DNA of 64,000 nt, taken from the NCBI GenBank assembly GCA_951406725.2, contig OX597815.1, positions 182,962,001-183,026,000 of the forward strand, given 5' to 3'. The stretch's first letter is position 1. Each line of letters begins with the position of its first letter. Both the position numbers and the translations under genes were made by a program. Shown here in pieces: positions 13,299-26,748 of the stretch. The notes beneath the pieces were generated by a model, which saw nothing but the letters and a program-made list of their open reading frames with translations, did no database searches and was not told where the DNA came from. Source of the DNA: Octopus vulgaris (lineage: Eukaryota).

Positions 13299-15400
13299 TG
13301 AGCAAACAAATTGGACTTCAAGAAAAAAAACAAGCAAGGTAGAAAGCCAAAATCCAAAACGAAATAAAAAGAAAAGTGGGGAATTGTCGTTTGGTGACGA
13401 GTTTTTGAAAAGAATAAATGTCAAAACTAGAAAAGCAAGAAAGGTTAGAAGGAAATACAAAATAACAGAGGAATAACATCTCCCTTCCATCAAAGAGACA
13501 TTGAAACAACGCATACAAAGCACAATGTGCTAGAAGATATGGAAAACAAAAAAGGGGTAAATTCTAAGACAGAACAAGGTTTTCCAAACAGATGTAAAGA
13601 AATTTCGCAGAGAAATGGGGAAACAATCAATAGAAATAAAAGATCCATCTAATGTGGAGTGTCTGAAGTTGAGAAATTTTGGAAGAACATCTCGTAACCC
13701 TAAAAGATAATGAGGAAACAAGTTGAGTTACCATGGGAAATGAAAGGATAAAAGGTGTGAAATAGCAATAATGGGTAGAAGTTGAAGTGGAAGAAGGCAG
13801 ATCCTTTGCAAAACACGATTGGAACTTGTCACCAAGCAGAGATAAAATCCCCAAAATTATTGGTTAAATACACTTACAGAAATGCACATGGCACTAACCA
13901 AGGATCCTAAAAAACGTAGCTCAACTCTAAAAATCGCAACGAAGAGATCAACGACTTAGCTGTACCTGTTGTGCAATATGGTTTCAACAATGGCATCTAT
14001 TGGATCTTCAGGGAAAGGATACAAGAAAACAACACGCAAACCTCACATTGCGAAAAACAAAATACAACCCCAAGGCAGATATCGAGCGTTTCTATCCGTC
14101 GAGAAAAGGAAGAGGTTTCATCCAACTTAAATTATCCTATAAAATAACCACGAGTATCCTCCAAGCATATTCAAACCAGATATTGTATAATGATTCTAGT
14201 AAAAGACCACGAATACAAGAACATGCACCACTCCATAATGAAAAACGCAGAGAAGAAACGAAGAGAAACTATGAATCAGCAACATTGAAATTGCAAAAGA
14301 AACTGACTTACTAACGAGCAAGACAGACTCCACAAAAAATAAAGTAGTCTGACTGACTTAGAAATCTGAAAGACAGATAGTAACAAGGACCTCTGCATGG
14401 AAAATATCCCTTCGCACCCATGAAGCTGATGTTGACAAAACACAGATTCCATCAGTGGCCGAGAAGCTCAGGGTACAATGCGGCGAGCTGGCAGAAACGT
14501 TAGAATGCCGGGCGAAATGCTTAGCGGTATTTCGTCTGCCGTTACGTTATGAGTTCAAATTCCGCCGAGGTCGACTTTGCCTTTCATCCTTTCGGGGTCG
14601 ATAAATTAAGTACCAGTTACACACTGGGGTCGATGTAATCGACTTAATACCTATGTCTGTCCTTGTTTGTCCCCTCTATGTTTAGCCCCTTGTGGGTAGT
14701 AAAGAAATAGGTACAATGCTAAAACTGTGGAATTTAGCCTTGCTACCCAACACCAGAGCATGTTCACTAGAAACTTACAAGCAGACATTCTCTAAACTGG
14801 AAGAGACACAATATGTATGATAGAATTTATGACGAATAAGTGAAGACAAAAATACATATAATTTCGGGGATCTCCACCTTGGCTCCAACTGAATATAATG
14901 CTAGGCATGATCAGGCTGGTTAACAGCTTCACTGAACATTATGCAAACATAATGGTCAAGAGCTTGTTACAAATTTATATGAATACCATACGTTGTCAGT
15001 GATCGAAGCAAAAGAAGCAATTTTATGGGCTTTTATGGTATTGTACAGTCCACGCAAACCGCACCATAAATGCCAATTGGCCTGATATTATCATTTAAAA
15101 TTTTTCAAAATAAAACATGTCTAAACATTGACATGGCTATATCATCCGACAAAAATGTACCTTCTTAAGAGTACGAAGACCTAGAATTGTAGAATGTGGC
15201 ATCTGAAGACACGAACCACTGCAGCTGTAATTGGCGTGTTTAGTGTTATAAAGAAAGGCCTAAATGAGTTTCTTAAAAACATCCTTGGTAAAACCGTCAT
15301 TTATGAAATCCAAAACATCGTACTCAGCAGGGCTGTTCAAATTTTACGTAAAATTATAATCTGTGTAAAATCGAATAATAAATATTAAATTCCCTTTTTA
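13298..15400 (+). mobile_element. highly decayed R4/Dong-like LINE with internal deletions, interrupted by SINE A
   Basis: YNPKADIERFYPSRKGRGFIQL, GPLHGKYP, RHDQ, NANWPDI and MWHLKTRTTAAVIGVFSVIKKG remnants; starts immediately after (ATT)n. Confidence 0.8.
14480..14709 (+). mobile_element. SINE family A, full length, with TSD
   Basis: TSD GGTACAATGC at 14472-14481 and 14710-14719. Confidence 0.93.
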
Positions 15401-16045
15401 TATATATCCTTTTAATACCTTAATATTCAAATTTCTATATACTGAGTCTAAATTAATTTTATAAAATTTTACAGCTACATTATACTGGGAAATATTACAG
15501 TTATGCAGCAGCTCTTACCCTAGGTATCTACTTGACACCCAGCAGAGAATATTAAATAAAGCGATATCAAAAAATAAGTGGTGATGATGATGAGAGCAAC
15601 AACAACGATTATGATGACGACGACGATCAGCACCACCATTACGACGATGGTGATGGTATTATCCTCCTATTATGGTCGCAATCTTCTATTTACTCAACCT
15701 CTACAGTTTGACAATGTTGAAGCAAACATTAAGAAAGTGCATTGAAATTTAGAGCAATACACTAATATTGCAATCTATTGAATATATCAATTGAAACTAG
15801 ATTTTACCTGGAGCCTTACATTATCGGTTCGAATAAACAAAATCTAACGGCGTTAATAGCGATGTTGTGCATATTGTCAATACTGTATCGCATGCTAAAG
15901 AAAATTTCTCAAATAAATAATTTATCTTTTAAAAGATACAATAACCAATATCACATACGATAGCACACGCTTATATCTACATGCGCATGTATATATATAC
16001 ATGAATACATGTGTGTAAGAAATAATCTGTGTCTGTATTTTTACA

Positions 16046-16061
16046 AATACACACACACACA

Positions 16062-16144
<83 letters not shown>

Positions 16145-16185
16145 GTAAAGTATAATAGCCATCTCGTTCAGAGATTTAATAATGC

Positions 16186-16258
<73 letters not shown>

Positions 16259-16314
16259 ATATATATATATATACATATATGTGTATATATATATATATAC
16301 ATATATGTATATGC

Positions 16315-16347
<33 letters not shown>

Positions 16348-16420
16348 TGTATATATATATATATATATAGATAGATAGATAGATATATACATATATGTAT
16401 ATATAGATAGATAGATAGAT

Positions 16421-16489
<69 letters not shown>

Positions 16490-16498
16490 GATAGGTAC

Positions 16499-16535
<37 letters not shown>

Positions 16536-16623
16536 TGTATATATATATATATATATATAGATAGGTACAGATATATATATATTTACATATATATATGCAT
16601 ACACACACACATGTATATATGTA

Positions 16624-16685
<62 letters not shown>

Positions 16686-16690
16686 AGCAC
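16046..16690. repeat. compound (TA)n/(GT)n/(GATA)n microsatellite
   Basis: Direct inspection. Confidence 0.95.
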
Positions 16691-17549
16691 ATATACATAG
16701 GTATATTCGTATATGTGTGTATCTATGTTAGAATGAACTCGAATTGACATTAGAAATAGAAACAAAGCCGCACATCTCAGAATATATTTAAAGAAACATA
16801 ATTTATGGATTTCCAACACATTTCGCCTTCATGTTTCCGGTACGAAACTTAGTAGCAGCGTCAAACAATATGAATCCTTATCTTTACACATCTATGTATG
16901 TATGTATGTATGTATGTATGTATGTATGTATGTATGTATGTATGTATGTATGTATGTATGTATGTATGTATGTATTTATGTATGTATGTATAAACATTTA
17001 TAAAGCAACAAGATGGAATGAACAGACTTTAATCACAAACCACAACAATTGTTTCTGTATCTTGGTAATAGATGTTAGTTGATGAGTTTCCATATCATAC
17101 TATTGTATAAATATTTAAAAATAAATTAATATGAATCCCTAGCAGCTATGTACCAACACCTCATCAGGTGATTGTCTTTGAAAACGATGCTGGTTCATCT
17201 TCAGTTCCCCATTGTCTTATATCATATTCTATTTTTAACATTTTCTCTATACTGAGTAACCTGTAGATTCAATTAGTCGTAAGACATAGAAATACTAAAT
17301 ACAGCATGTGAAATAAAAATCAAAGATGTGAATTACAAGATAAATAGACCAAAATTAAACAATGGAAACAAGAATTAAAACAATAAATATAAATAAGCCA
17401 AACCTAAAATTATGGTATAAAGATAAATATGTGTGTGTGCGTGTGTGTGTGCGCGTATGTGTAGAAGGTTGAAAAGGAACACATGAATTGATCTATATGG
17501 AAAAAAAGTCAAGGTAGAAAATGCTAAGATAATTTTATGAAAAACTTTT

Positions 17550-17585
17550 CAGTACCGGTTTCAGTCATTGAAACCTTTTCAACTG
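17550..17585 (-). ncRNA. minimal type I hammerhead ribozyme motif, U3-A8 core variant
   Basis: Minus strand CAG-TTGAAAA-GGT TTCAATG ACT-GAAAC CG GTA-CTG: helix I CAG/CTG, helix II GGT/ACT, palindromic helix III ACCGGT. Confidence 0.6.
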
Positions 17586-18000
17586 TAAGTATGGAAAACA
17601 ATTAAATTTTCGAAAAATTAAAAGAAAAGTTTTTTAAAAGAATATTTGTATAGTGTTCAAATACAAGTGGCATTTTCCTTGTTTCTGCCTGTCTCTGTCT
17701 CTCTTGTTTACTCTTGTGCGTTCGAATCCACAATATCCGTCAACCTGTCATTAATAGAAGATATTTGCACAGCATATTACACAGAAGGTTCGAACACGAA
17801 ATAGTAAACAATATGGGACTCTGTGTGTGTGTATTATATATATTTTTATGTTTATATTTTAAATAGATAGATACAACCAAATCTAATATTACAACCTGAA
17901 CAAACGATCGAACATTAAAAAAAGCTATAACAAAATAAGAGGACGTATACATGGAATGTATTAGTTTAGCGCTCGGGAACGGTAGAAAGAAGAGAAGGGT

Positions 18001-18033
18001 TTTAACGTTTCGAGAATAGCTCTTCGTCAGAAA
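18001..18033 (-). ncRNA. minimal hammerhead-like motif (Penelope-type)
   Basis: Minus strand TTT-CTGACGA-A-GAG CTATT CTC-GAAAC GTT-AAA. Confidence 0.6.
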
Positions 18034-18506
18034 GGGAAACGAAGAAATCTAGAGAAGAAAAAACTTCACGAACATAGTGTATGTGCAGAGTATCGAAACC
18101 TCGATATAACTAAAATTTGATACAATATCCTGATACGAGGTAGGGTCAACAAAATAATATTCCATCCAGTGAGATAGCGTACATTAAATGATATATGGAA
18201 AGCTTTAACTTTGCCAAAGAAACTGCTTCAGTACGCTGCAAGATAAGGTCCCCCCACCCACCAAAAGGACGGCCCCTTACAGGAAACCCAGTCGAATATA
18301 TCCCTTCTCTCTCCTCCTCATCCCTCCCCTCTGTTTCCTTTCTTCTAAATATATCTGTATTCTTGTTTGTCTCTCATCTTTTTGTCCCCTACTTTCATAT
18401 CAGGATAGTTTGTTTTTTCAGCCTAATGCCGTATAAAAAAATTTCTCACATGCACACGCTGTAAAATAGCCAGAAGATGTCTGAGAAGTATACTAACCAA
18501 TTAATA

Positions 18507-18548
18507 CTGTAACTGTTTCAATCACACCACAGAATGGTCTTCAGACAG
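18507..18548 (-). ncRNA. degenerate hammerhead-like motif
   Basis: Minus strand CTGT-CTGAAGA-(18 nt, poorly closed helix II)-GAAAC A GTT-ACAG. Confidence 0.35.
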
Positions 18549-19873
18549 ACAGTGTATACACATATATGTGGTGAAAAACAACCTATTCATATTTAATCAA
18601 CATTATCCGTCAATGTTCCCTAACCATTGCTTATATTATTCACCTTTCTCGTTTGCTCGAGTCTACAGACATTTCCACTCAGATATGTTGATTGAATTCT
18701 AAGAAATTAAATGTTCCTCATATTTTAAATATATCGAAGTTTTGATATTCTGTACATATAATATATTTGTGTACGTACGTGCACAGAGAGAGGGGAAGTG
18801 AAGGATAGTTTCTCTACCTATATGTATGCATGTGTGTGTGCGTGCGTGTGAACATATAGGTAGATAGATTAATACATGTTGCATTGTAGTGCATTGTGTG
18901 CTTATTAGTTTGTTCTTTATCGTAATCTACGAGGTTGTATGTATTCGTACGTAGCAGAATCACTGCATTTGTATACTTTGATCCATCGCCTTCAGTTACA
19001 AGTAACTACAAAGTGACCTTAGACCTACTGATTCATTTATGAATATTGACGCTGAGAGCGATTTACTCCGACTTTAAATGTAATAGAATAAACTAATCAA
19101 TGGTTTATCAGACTTGGACTTGCAAGAAATCTTATAAATACCTATGAAGAAGAAGAGAACGGTAGGTGGTTGATTTCGAAACTGATGTTTCCCAGAATCG
19201 AAGCCTGTTCCCTTCAGCCTGTCACTTATCTCCATATTTGAACTTTGCATTTAGACTCTTTTCTTTCCTCATACAGTTATGACTTCGCACCAGTTTCAGT
19301 TGCATTCTCTCAAAATTTATTGCAGTTGAGGTCGAAAAACAATTCATTTCGGAAGTGTCCTTTCTGAGTAGTATGTGAATTTACGCAGACAATTTAAGCT
19401 TTATCATTTTCTAGCTCATATTGCCTTAATATATTATTTACACGTTTCTCTATATTGAATGCAAAGTGAATTTTGGAAACATAGATGTTAGAGAGAAGAT
19501 AAAATCTAAATGAATACAAGCGGGTATTCGAGTATTGAAATTTATGTTTTCCTTCTTTCTCATCTAACCAATCTGCATACAGGCAAAAGAGGCAATATTA
19601 TCAAACGTTTGCCGGCCTACGACGAGTAGAGGTTATTCTAGTAGCAGAAAAATATGCAAGCAGCTAGTCGTTGCTTATCCTCAGGTCAACCTAGACCAAG
19701 TAAACCTATGATAAAATGCTTACTGGCATTACGTCCGCTTTTAAGTTCTGGGTTCAGATTCCGCTGAGGTCAACTTTGCATTTCATCCTCTCGGTGTCGA
19801 TAAATACCCGTCAAGGACTGTGGTCGATTGCCCCCTCCCACCAAATTTCAGTTTTAGTAGAAACGATCATTAC

Positions 19874-19906
<33 letters not shown>

Positions 19907-19920
19907 CATTATTATTATTA

Positions 19921-19960
<40 letters not shown>

Positions 19961-19984
19961 CATCATCATCATCATCATCAACAT

Positions 19985-20394
19985 TATTGCTTTTGCACAG
20001 TTTCTAACGCTGGAGATGTACTACAGTGTCAGCTGTTCACTACTAGTGAACTAAGGTAACACCTCTTATTTTTCGAGCACCTTCCGGAGTATTCGAGCGG
20101 TTCCAAGCAGTGCTGTTTTCTGCAAGTGCTCCACCCTTATTGCAGCCCCTATTTGTTCCATGTACTTCTCAAGATTTTTGCTCACTGTTCCCAGGGTTCC
20201 GACAATTATCGGTAATACTATTACCCTTTTCATCGACCACAACTGCTAACTTCCCAAGCTAACCTGTCATATCTCTCGACTTTTCTTTCTTCCTTATCGC
20301 ATACATTGTTGTCAGCTGGGCATTCTATATCTATGATCCAGCATAGTTTGTTTTCTTTCTCAATTAAGACTATGTTTGGCTTCCTATTATCTAT

Positions 20395-20398
<4 letters not shown>
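19985..20398 (-). mobile_element. R4/Dong-like LINE 3' fragment
   Basis: IDNRKPNIVLIEKENKLCWIIDIECP and IGAAIRVEHLQKTALLGTARILRKVLE remnants; (TAA)n on both sides. Confidence 0.85.
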
Positions 20399-20432
<34 letters not shown>

Positions 20433-20469
20433 CATTATTATTATTATTATTATTATCATTATTATTATT

Positions 20470-20872
20470 ATTATTATTATCATCATCATTTGATGAAAAC
20501 TTATATCTTATTTTCCTGGTTATGATGGGAAGTGTCAGCTGTCCACAGCCAGCAGACTAAGGTGACGCTTGCTTACTGGTCATTCTTCAAGAACCCTGCA
20601 AAGAAATGATGCAGTTGCAAGTAACGCTGATTTTTGTACCAGTTTTTGTCAGCCATGTTGGAAGTTGAGCGCTGATACTTCCAAGTACACCTATTACTAT
20701 TGGTATCACGTCTACTTTCCTCATTGACCACAACCTTCTTATTTCCCACTTCAAATCACCATAGTTGTTAGTTTTTTCTTCTTCTTTCACATTGATCCTG
20801 TTATCACCGGAGCATGCTATGTCGATTATTATAGATGTTCTTTCTCTTTTTTCCCCACAACAATTATTACGA
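20470..20872 (-). mobile_element. R4/Dong-like LINE 3' fragment
   Basis: IIDIACSGDNRINVKEEEKTNNYGDLKWEIRRLWSMRKVDVIPIVIGVLG; (TAA)n tail. Confidence 0.85.
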
Positions 20873-22862
20873 TACTACTTTATGTTGTCTCAGTGCTGAA
20901 TGAAGAAGCTAGCGTTTTGACACTTAAAAATGACAACTGATAAGATTATTGGAACAAATGAGATAGTTCTAGTAAAAAAATATTATTTTAACAGTATTTT
21001 CTGGCATAGAAAATCATAAATTTATTCCTTACGAATACTTTTTTCACCCCTAAATATTTATAATTGTATATAAATTCCTTAGTTCCTATAATTTATTAGT
21101 TTCTTTTGCATATTCTTAGTTTATGCATCTGTATGCAAATATAGTATTGGCATATCCCATTTATGTTCATTAAAAATTAAATAAATAAAGAATTTTGACA
21201 TGTACGAATATTTATTTCCCCCCACTGTATATATATATATTAGTCCGTTCGCCAGCAGGGTAGCATCATTTCGAAGCTACAACACTACAAAAAGCGCATT
21301 GTGACCAACAGTGTCTAACAAAGTCCTATGGTGTTGTCGATTCAGTGGTGTGTGTGTGCGCGTGCGTACATGTATGTATGTATGTATGTATGTATGTATG
21401 TATGTATGTGTGTGTATGCAAGTATGTGTGTATGTATGCATGACAGGATGTATGTATAATGTTAAAGCTTCCCTAATGGTAACGTTTCTTGTTTATCTGC
21501 CATGTTATTAAAAATGATTCTTTCATTAGCTCCTCAATAATCTACTTTTGTGAAAATTAGATTTGTCATCATTATAAAATATTCGGCTTATTTTATTGAA
21601 TTTCAATTCTTGAGAAATGAAACTCCTAATTCTCTTTCTTGATGCGTGTAAAAGACGAAAATATAAAATTACCTTTGCTGTTTATGCTTAGCTATTTTAC
21701 ATATTGTTAAGTAACATTCAGGGCAAACAAAATGTCTGAAACGCTGGAACAATACTCTGAATAATTGCATTACGCGCAATTTTATTCACTCCTCTGAGCC
21801 ATGAATTTATTCATATAATTATGAAAATGACAAACGATTAGAAATCATAGCATCTTGTCTTTTCCAAGATATATTTAATTACAATCTTATTATGAAGTAA
21901 ACTAAAAATATTTCGTTCAATTCGTATCTGTTTTATTTCCCCTAAGTGATTCTTCAATTATCTCCGTTCGTGATAACATTCAATTCTAAGAGGCTTCCCT
22001 GTTTTTGCAGAAATCACGTAGGATCACTTGATAGAAACTTCATAATAAGCATTTAAATCTACTGGAGATTCAACATTCCAATATTTCCTTTGCTTGGCAA
22101 TGTATTTTGCTGCATTATTCTGTAACGTTAAAAGTGAATATCCGTTTCTTACAATTTAGTGGATGATACTTAATTATTTAGAATAAATATTTTATTTAGA
22201 TTCTAAAATCAGTGATTTTTAAAAAGCATCTTTTACTTTTCACTGGTGCCAGTTACTGAGATGCCACCATGCCTTCATGGTATATTATTTGATTAAATCA
22301 GTCTAAGTGTTTTGGGAATGCGTATTTCTTGTGATAAACCGCAACAGCACATCAAGCATGATAAAAATTATTCGATAATAACATACAGAATTTAATTGCA
22401 TTGAGATTTCCATCATTGACTATTATATAGTCAGCTAACACATAAATTCTTGATAGTGGATGAATAAATATAATTGAATAAAAGTAAGCACAAGCTGAGA
22501 GATGATGCGTAAGCTCTGAAGCAATGAAAATTTCCAGATTTTGCCTTGTGATTAATATTGATAGAGCTCGAACAGCATACACCTGACATTGCTATCCACG
22601 CTATGCTCAACATCCTTAAATCAACATCGCGATTTTTTCAGCCGCACGAAGTTCGCAGTTCTTTTCCTTTGTGGCAGTAGCTTTCATCTCTGTCTTTTTA
22701 AAACCATTTTTCCAAAAGCACGTTGCATTACACTTCCTTCTGTATGTGAGTATTTTAGTAGAATTCTCAAACAATCCAATGTGTATCTTTCCTGCACTAC
22801 TCACGGATTCGACATCTATTCTCTTTATTATTTGTTATGACAGATATTTTCTATCTCAAGAG

Positions 22863-23195
22863 TGTGGAGGGGAAATGGCTCAGTGGATAGGGCAACGGTC
22901 GTGATATCGCGATTTCGATTCCCAGATCGGGCGTTGTGAGTGTTTATTGAGGGAAAACACTTAAAGCTCCAAGAAGTTCCGGCAGTGGGTGGTGGCGAAC
23001 CCTGTTGTACTCTTTCACCACAACTTTCTCTCACTCTTTGTTTCTGTTGTACCTGTATTTTAAAGGGCCAGCCTTGCTCCACTCTGTGTCAACCCGAAGT
23101 TCCCCGAGAACTACGTTAAGGGTACACGTGTCTGTGGAGTACTCAGCTACTTTCACAAGCAGGCTGTTCCGTTGATCGGATCAACTGGAACCCTC
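22863..23195 (+). mobile_element. tRNA-derived SINE family C (OR1-like)
   Basis: Head TGGCTCAGTGG...TTCGATTCCC; homologous to 37615-37983. Confidence 0.85.
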
Positions 23196-23356
23196 GGAGT
23201 TCTACAAAATCTCAAGAGTACCTAGTTGTGTCTCTGCATTTAAATTCGGGTTAGGTAGTGTATATCCGGCTTTCCTTTAAATCTGGGGGTTTTATTAGAG
23301 AAACGCTAATTCTGTGATACTAGTATCCGTTCATAAACTATATTACAGTTCCAGTT

Positions 23357-23566
23357 TACTCTTTTCCTTGTTTCAATCATTTGACTGTGGCCATGCTGGG
23401 GTACCGCCTTTAGTCGAGCAAATCGACCCCAAGACTTATTCTTTGTAAGCCTAGTAGTTATTCTATCGGTCTCTTTTTACCGAACCGCTAAGTTACGGGG
23501 ACGTAAACACACTAGCATCGGTTGTCAAGCGATGTTGGGGGAGCAAACACAGACACACGAACGTAT

Positions 23567-23597
<31 letters not shown>

Positions 23598-23803
23598 CAT
23601 ATATACGGCGGGCTTCTTTCAGTTTCCGTGTACCAAATCCACTCACAAGGCTTTGGTCAGCCCGAGGCTATAGTAGAAGACACTTGCCGAAGGTGTCACG
23701 CAGTGGGACTGAACCCGGAACCATGTGGTTCGTAAGCAAGCTACTTACCATACAACCACTCCTACGCCTATAGCAAGCTACTTACCACACATTCACTCCT
23801 ACG

Positions 23804-23806
<3 letters not shown>
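23357..23806 (-). mobile_element. SINE family B, full length with duplicated head
   Basis: Homologous to 1745-2408 and 42428-42880; GCAAGCTACTTACCA..CACTCCTACGCCTAT occurs twice. Confidence 0.9.
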
Positions 23807-23857
<51 letters not shown>

Positions 23858-24269
23858 CGTATATGTAGATACATCTATACGTATATACATATGCATATGT
23901 GGGCACAGAGCGTCACGGAACGTAAACTACATAAAAGAAAAACGAAAACATGAGATACGAAATACGAATGCACGGAATATGAAACTTCTTTTTGCAACGA
24001 CGAAAGAAACAAATGGAAAAGAACAAAAGTAACATAACTGTTTTTCTAATCGGTATTTCGAGCAATTCAAAGACAATGCTCTTAGCTAAGACTTTTTTGG
24101 AAGAAACCAGATCGAACCGTCTCAAGTGTAACTGCCCGAAACGATCGTGACTCTGGGACTTGACTTTTTTTTTTGCCTGTCCTTCTAATTGTTGTTTCTC
24201 TTGTCCACCTTGTATCGTCTATCTGTCCGAATGCTTTATTGTCCTCTATTGCGTTTTTGTTCCATTCAT

Positions 24270-24375
<106 letters not shown>

Positions 24376-24519
24376 TATGTATATATGTATATATGTATAT
24401 GTATATATATATATATGTATATGTATAATATTAATTCGAGACAAAACCACTATTTTGCAAAACAAACAAGGAAAGACTTAATCAATACATAAACATTTTT
24501 AATATAAAGAAATAAACCG

Positions 24520-24562
24520 CCACTACAATCGTTTCATGTCTTCAATGACATTCGTCAGGTGG
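24520..24562 (-). ncRNA. minimal type I hammerhead ribozyme
   Basis: Reverse complement of 25031-25073; intact core. Confidence 0.8.
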
Positions 24563-24814
24563 ATTTTCGATCTCCTAATCTGTGTATGTGTATGTGTGTG
24601 GTGTGTGTATATGCATACAATACACATCCGCATATTATGCATATAAGTAAAATCTTAAGCATGCTAAAGTAATACTCGTACACACTTTTTGAATGTGGAT
24701 TTTATAATTGTCATTGATAATTACATAGAAAAAACACACCCTTGGAAGCAATGAAACGATTTAAAGAAAACTTACAAATACATTATAATCAGAACAAGCT
24801 AGTGGACATTTTGT

Positions 24815-24882
<68 letters not shown>

Positions 24883-25030
24883 CGTATATATATATATATT
24901 TCCTAACATGAAACCAACGGTAACCTTAATACACAAATAAAGAAATTATATTCATCAATGCGTTGTCATTCTCCTAATCTGTTTTAATTTATGAAGTTCA
25001 TAAATTAAAACAGATTAGGAGATCGAAAAT

Positions 25031-25073
25031 CCACCTGACGAATGTCATTGAAGACATGAAACGATTGTAGTGG
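25031..25073 (+). ncRNA. minimal type I hammerhead ribozyme
   Basis: CCAC-CTGACGA-ATGTC ATTGAA GACAT-GAAAC GATT GTA-GTGG: helix I CCAC/GTGG, 5-bp helix II, GUA cleavage triplet. Confidence 0.82.
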
Positions 25074-25394
25074 CGGTTTATTTCTTTATATTAAAATTTT
25101 TTATGTATTGATTAAGTCTTTCCTTGTTTGTTTTGCAAAATAGTGGTTTTGTCTCGAATTAATCTTATATAATATTTTACTATAAAATTGGATTTAATCC
25201 TAAATCTGATTTTTTCCCTGTAAATTTGGATTTATTCCCTAATATTTATTATGTATATGTATATATATATATACATGAATGTTGAAGAATGACAATGAAC
25301 GCTCAACAACGCATTGATGAATATAATTTCTTTATTTGTGTATTAAGGTTACCGTTGGTTTCATGTTAGGAAATATATATATATACGTGTGTGT

Positions 25395-25449
<55 letters not shown>

Positions 25450-25662
25450 AAATGTCCACTAGCTTGTTCTGATTATAATGTATTTGTAAGTTTTCTTTAA
25501 ATCGTTTCATTGCTTCCAAGGGTGTGTTTTTTATGTAATTATCAATGACAATTATAAAATCCACATTCAAAAAGTGCGTACGAGAATTACTTTAGCTTGC
25601 TTAAGATTTTACTTATATACATAATATGCGGATGTGTATTGCATGCATATACACACACACAC

Positions 25663-25695
<33 letters not shown>

Positions 25696-26313
25696 TTATA
25701 TATACACATACATATGCAAACACAGACATGTATGTGTAGAAGTGTGTGTATTGCATACATGCATACATTCATATAGATACTTGATTTCTCAGTTGTGTTT
25801 GTTTATTTTTGATAGATTTCGTTTAGCTTTTTATTGTCCTTCTTTATTTATTTATTAGTAAATATTGCTATCTTTTCATCCATTCATTTATTCACTGGTT
25901 CTTCGTTATTCAGCAGTACAGTTAATTGGAGTCTTAGCGTCGTCTATCCTATAAATCTGCAATTAAGATTAAGTACATCATCAATGAAATTTAATTGTTT
26001 TTCTTCTTCAGTTTCTTTTTTTCTTTCTCTCTCTTTCTCTCTATTTATAGTGTTATCTGATATTTTAAATTCATTTATTGATATATTATTTACTTGTATA
26101 TTTACTTTTTCATCGATATTGCACTCACCTGTACTTTCCCGAAGTTATAAGCTTCTTAGCAATTTATTTCTCAAGTGATAGAAACCAATAAGATTACGTT
26201 TGCTTAAATTCTAAATTTTCTCATCTAATAGTTGCCATCAACATAACCACCATCAAAGCTTTTATCATCATCACTAACAGCAGCAGCAGCAGTGGCAGCA
26301 GCAGTAGCAGCAA

Positions 26314-26345
<32 letters not shown>

Positions 26346-26515
26346 GTAGCAGCAGCTGCACCTCAATCATCACTCTTCTACTAACAACGACAACAACAAC
26401 TGCAACAACAGCAAATATGGAATCCAAGCCAAGAAGCGAATTCTATTGCCTTTTTATAGCAGGCTGGTTTGTAAGCCTGTTAGAAATGGCGACCAATTTT
26501 CCATTAAATCATACC

Positions 26516-26748
26516 TATTTCTCTACTACCCGCAAGGGGCTAAACACAGAGACGACAAACAAGGACAGACAAAGGGATTAAGTCGATTATATCGACTCGC
26601 AGTGCGTAACTGGTACTTAATTTATCGACCCCGAAAGGATGAAAGGCAAAGTCGACCTCGGCGGAATTTGAACTCGGAACGTAACGACAGACGAAATACG
26701 GCTACGCGTTTCGCCCGGGGTACTAACGTTTCTGCCAGCTCGCCGCCT
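26516..26748 (-). mobile_element. SINE family A
   Basis: Full head, core and tail on the minus strand; GGTATGATTTAA (minus sense) on both sides. Confidence 0.9.

Larger units (their letters stand above)
24430..25250. mobile_element. Penelope-like element remnant: inverted pseudo-LTR pair, each with a hammerhead
   Basis: 24430-24583 is the reverse complement of 25010-25165. Perfect 26-bp-arm hairpin at 24970-25022. The 3' segment AAATTGGATTTAATCCTAAA..TTTTCCCTGTAAATTTGGA is shared with 60928-60990. Confidence 0.75.

Noticed and set aside
17740-17822. Possible GIY-YIG endonuclease C-terminal remnant (RRFEHEIV..YGTL)
   Set aside because: Needs a frameshift and is too short to support without a profile search.
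24090-24160. GAAAC-GATC-GTG, like a palindromic helix III
   Set aside because: No CUGANGA at a suitable distance and the cleavage position is G; at best a dead remnant.
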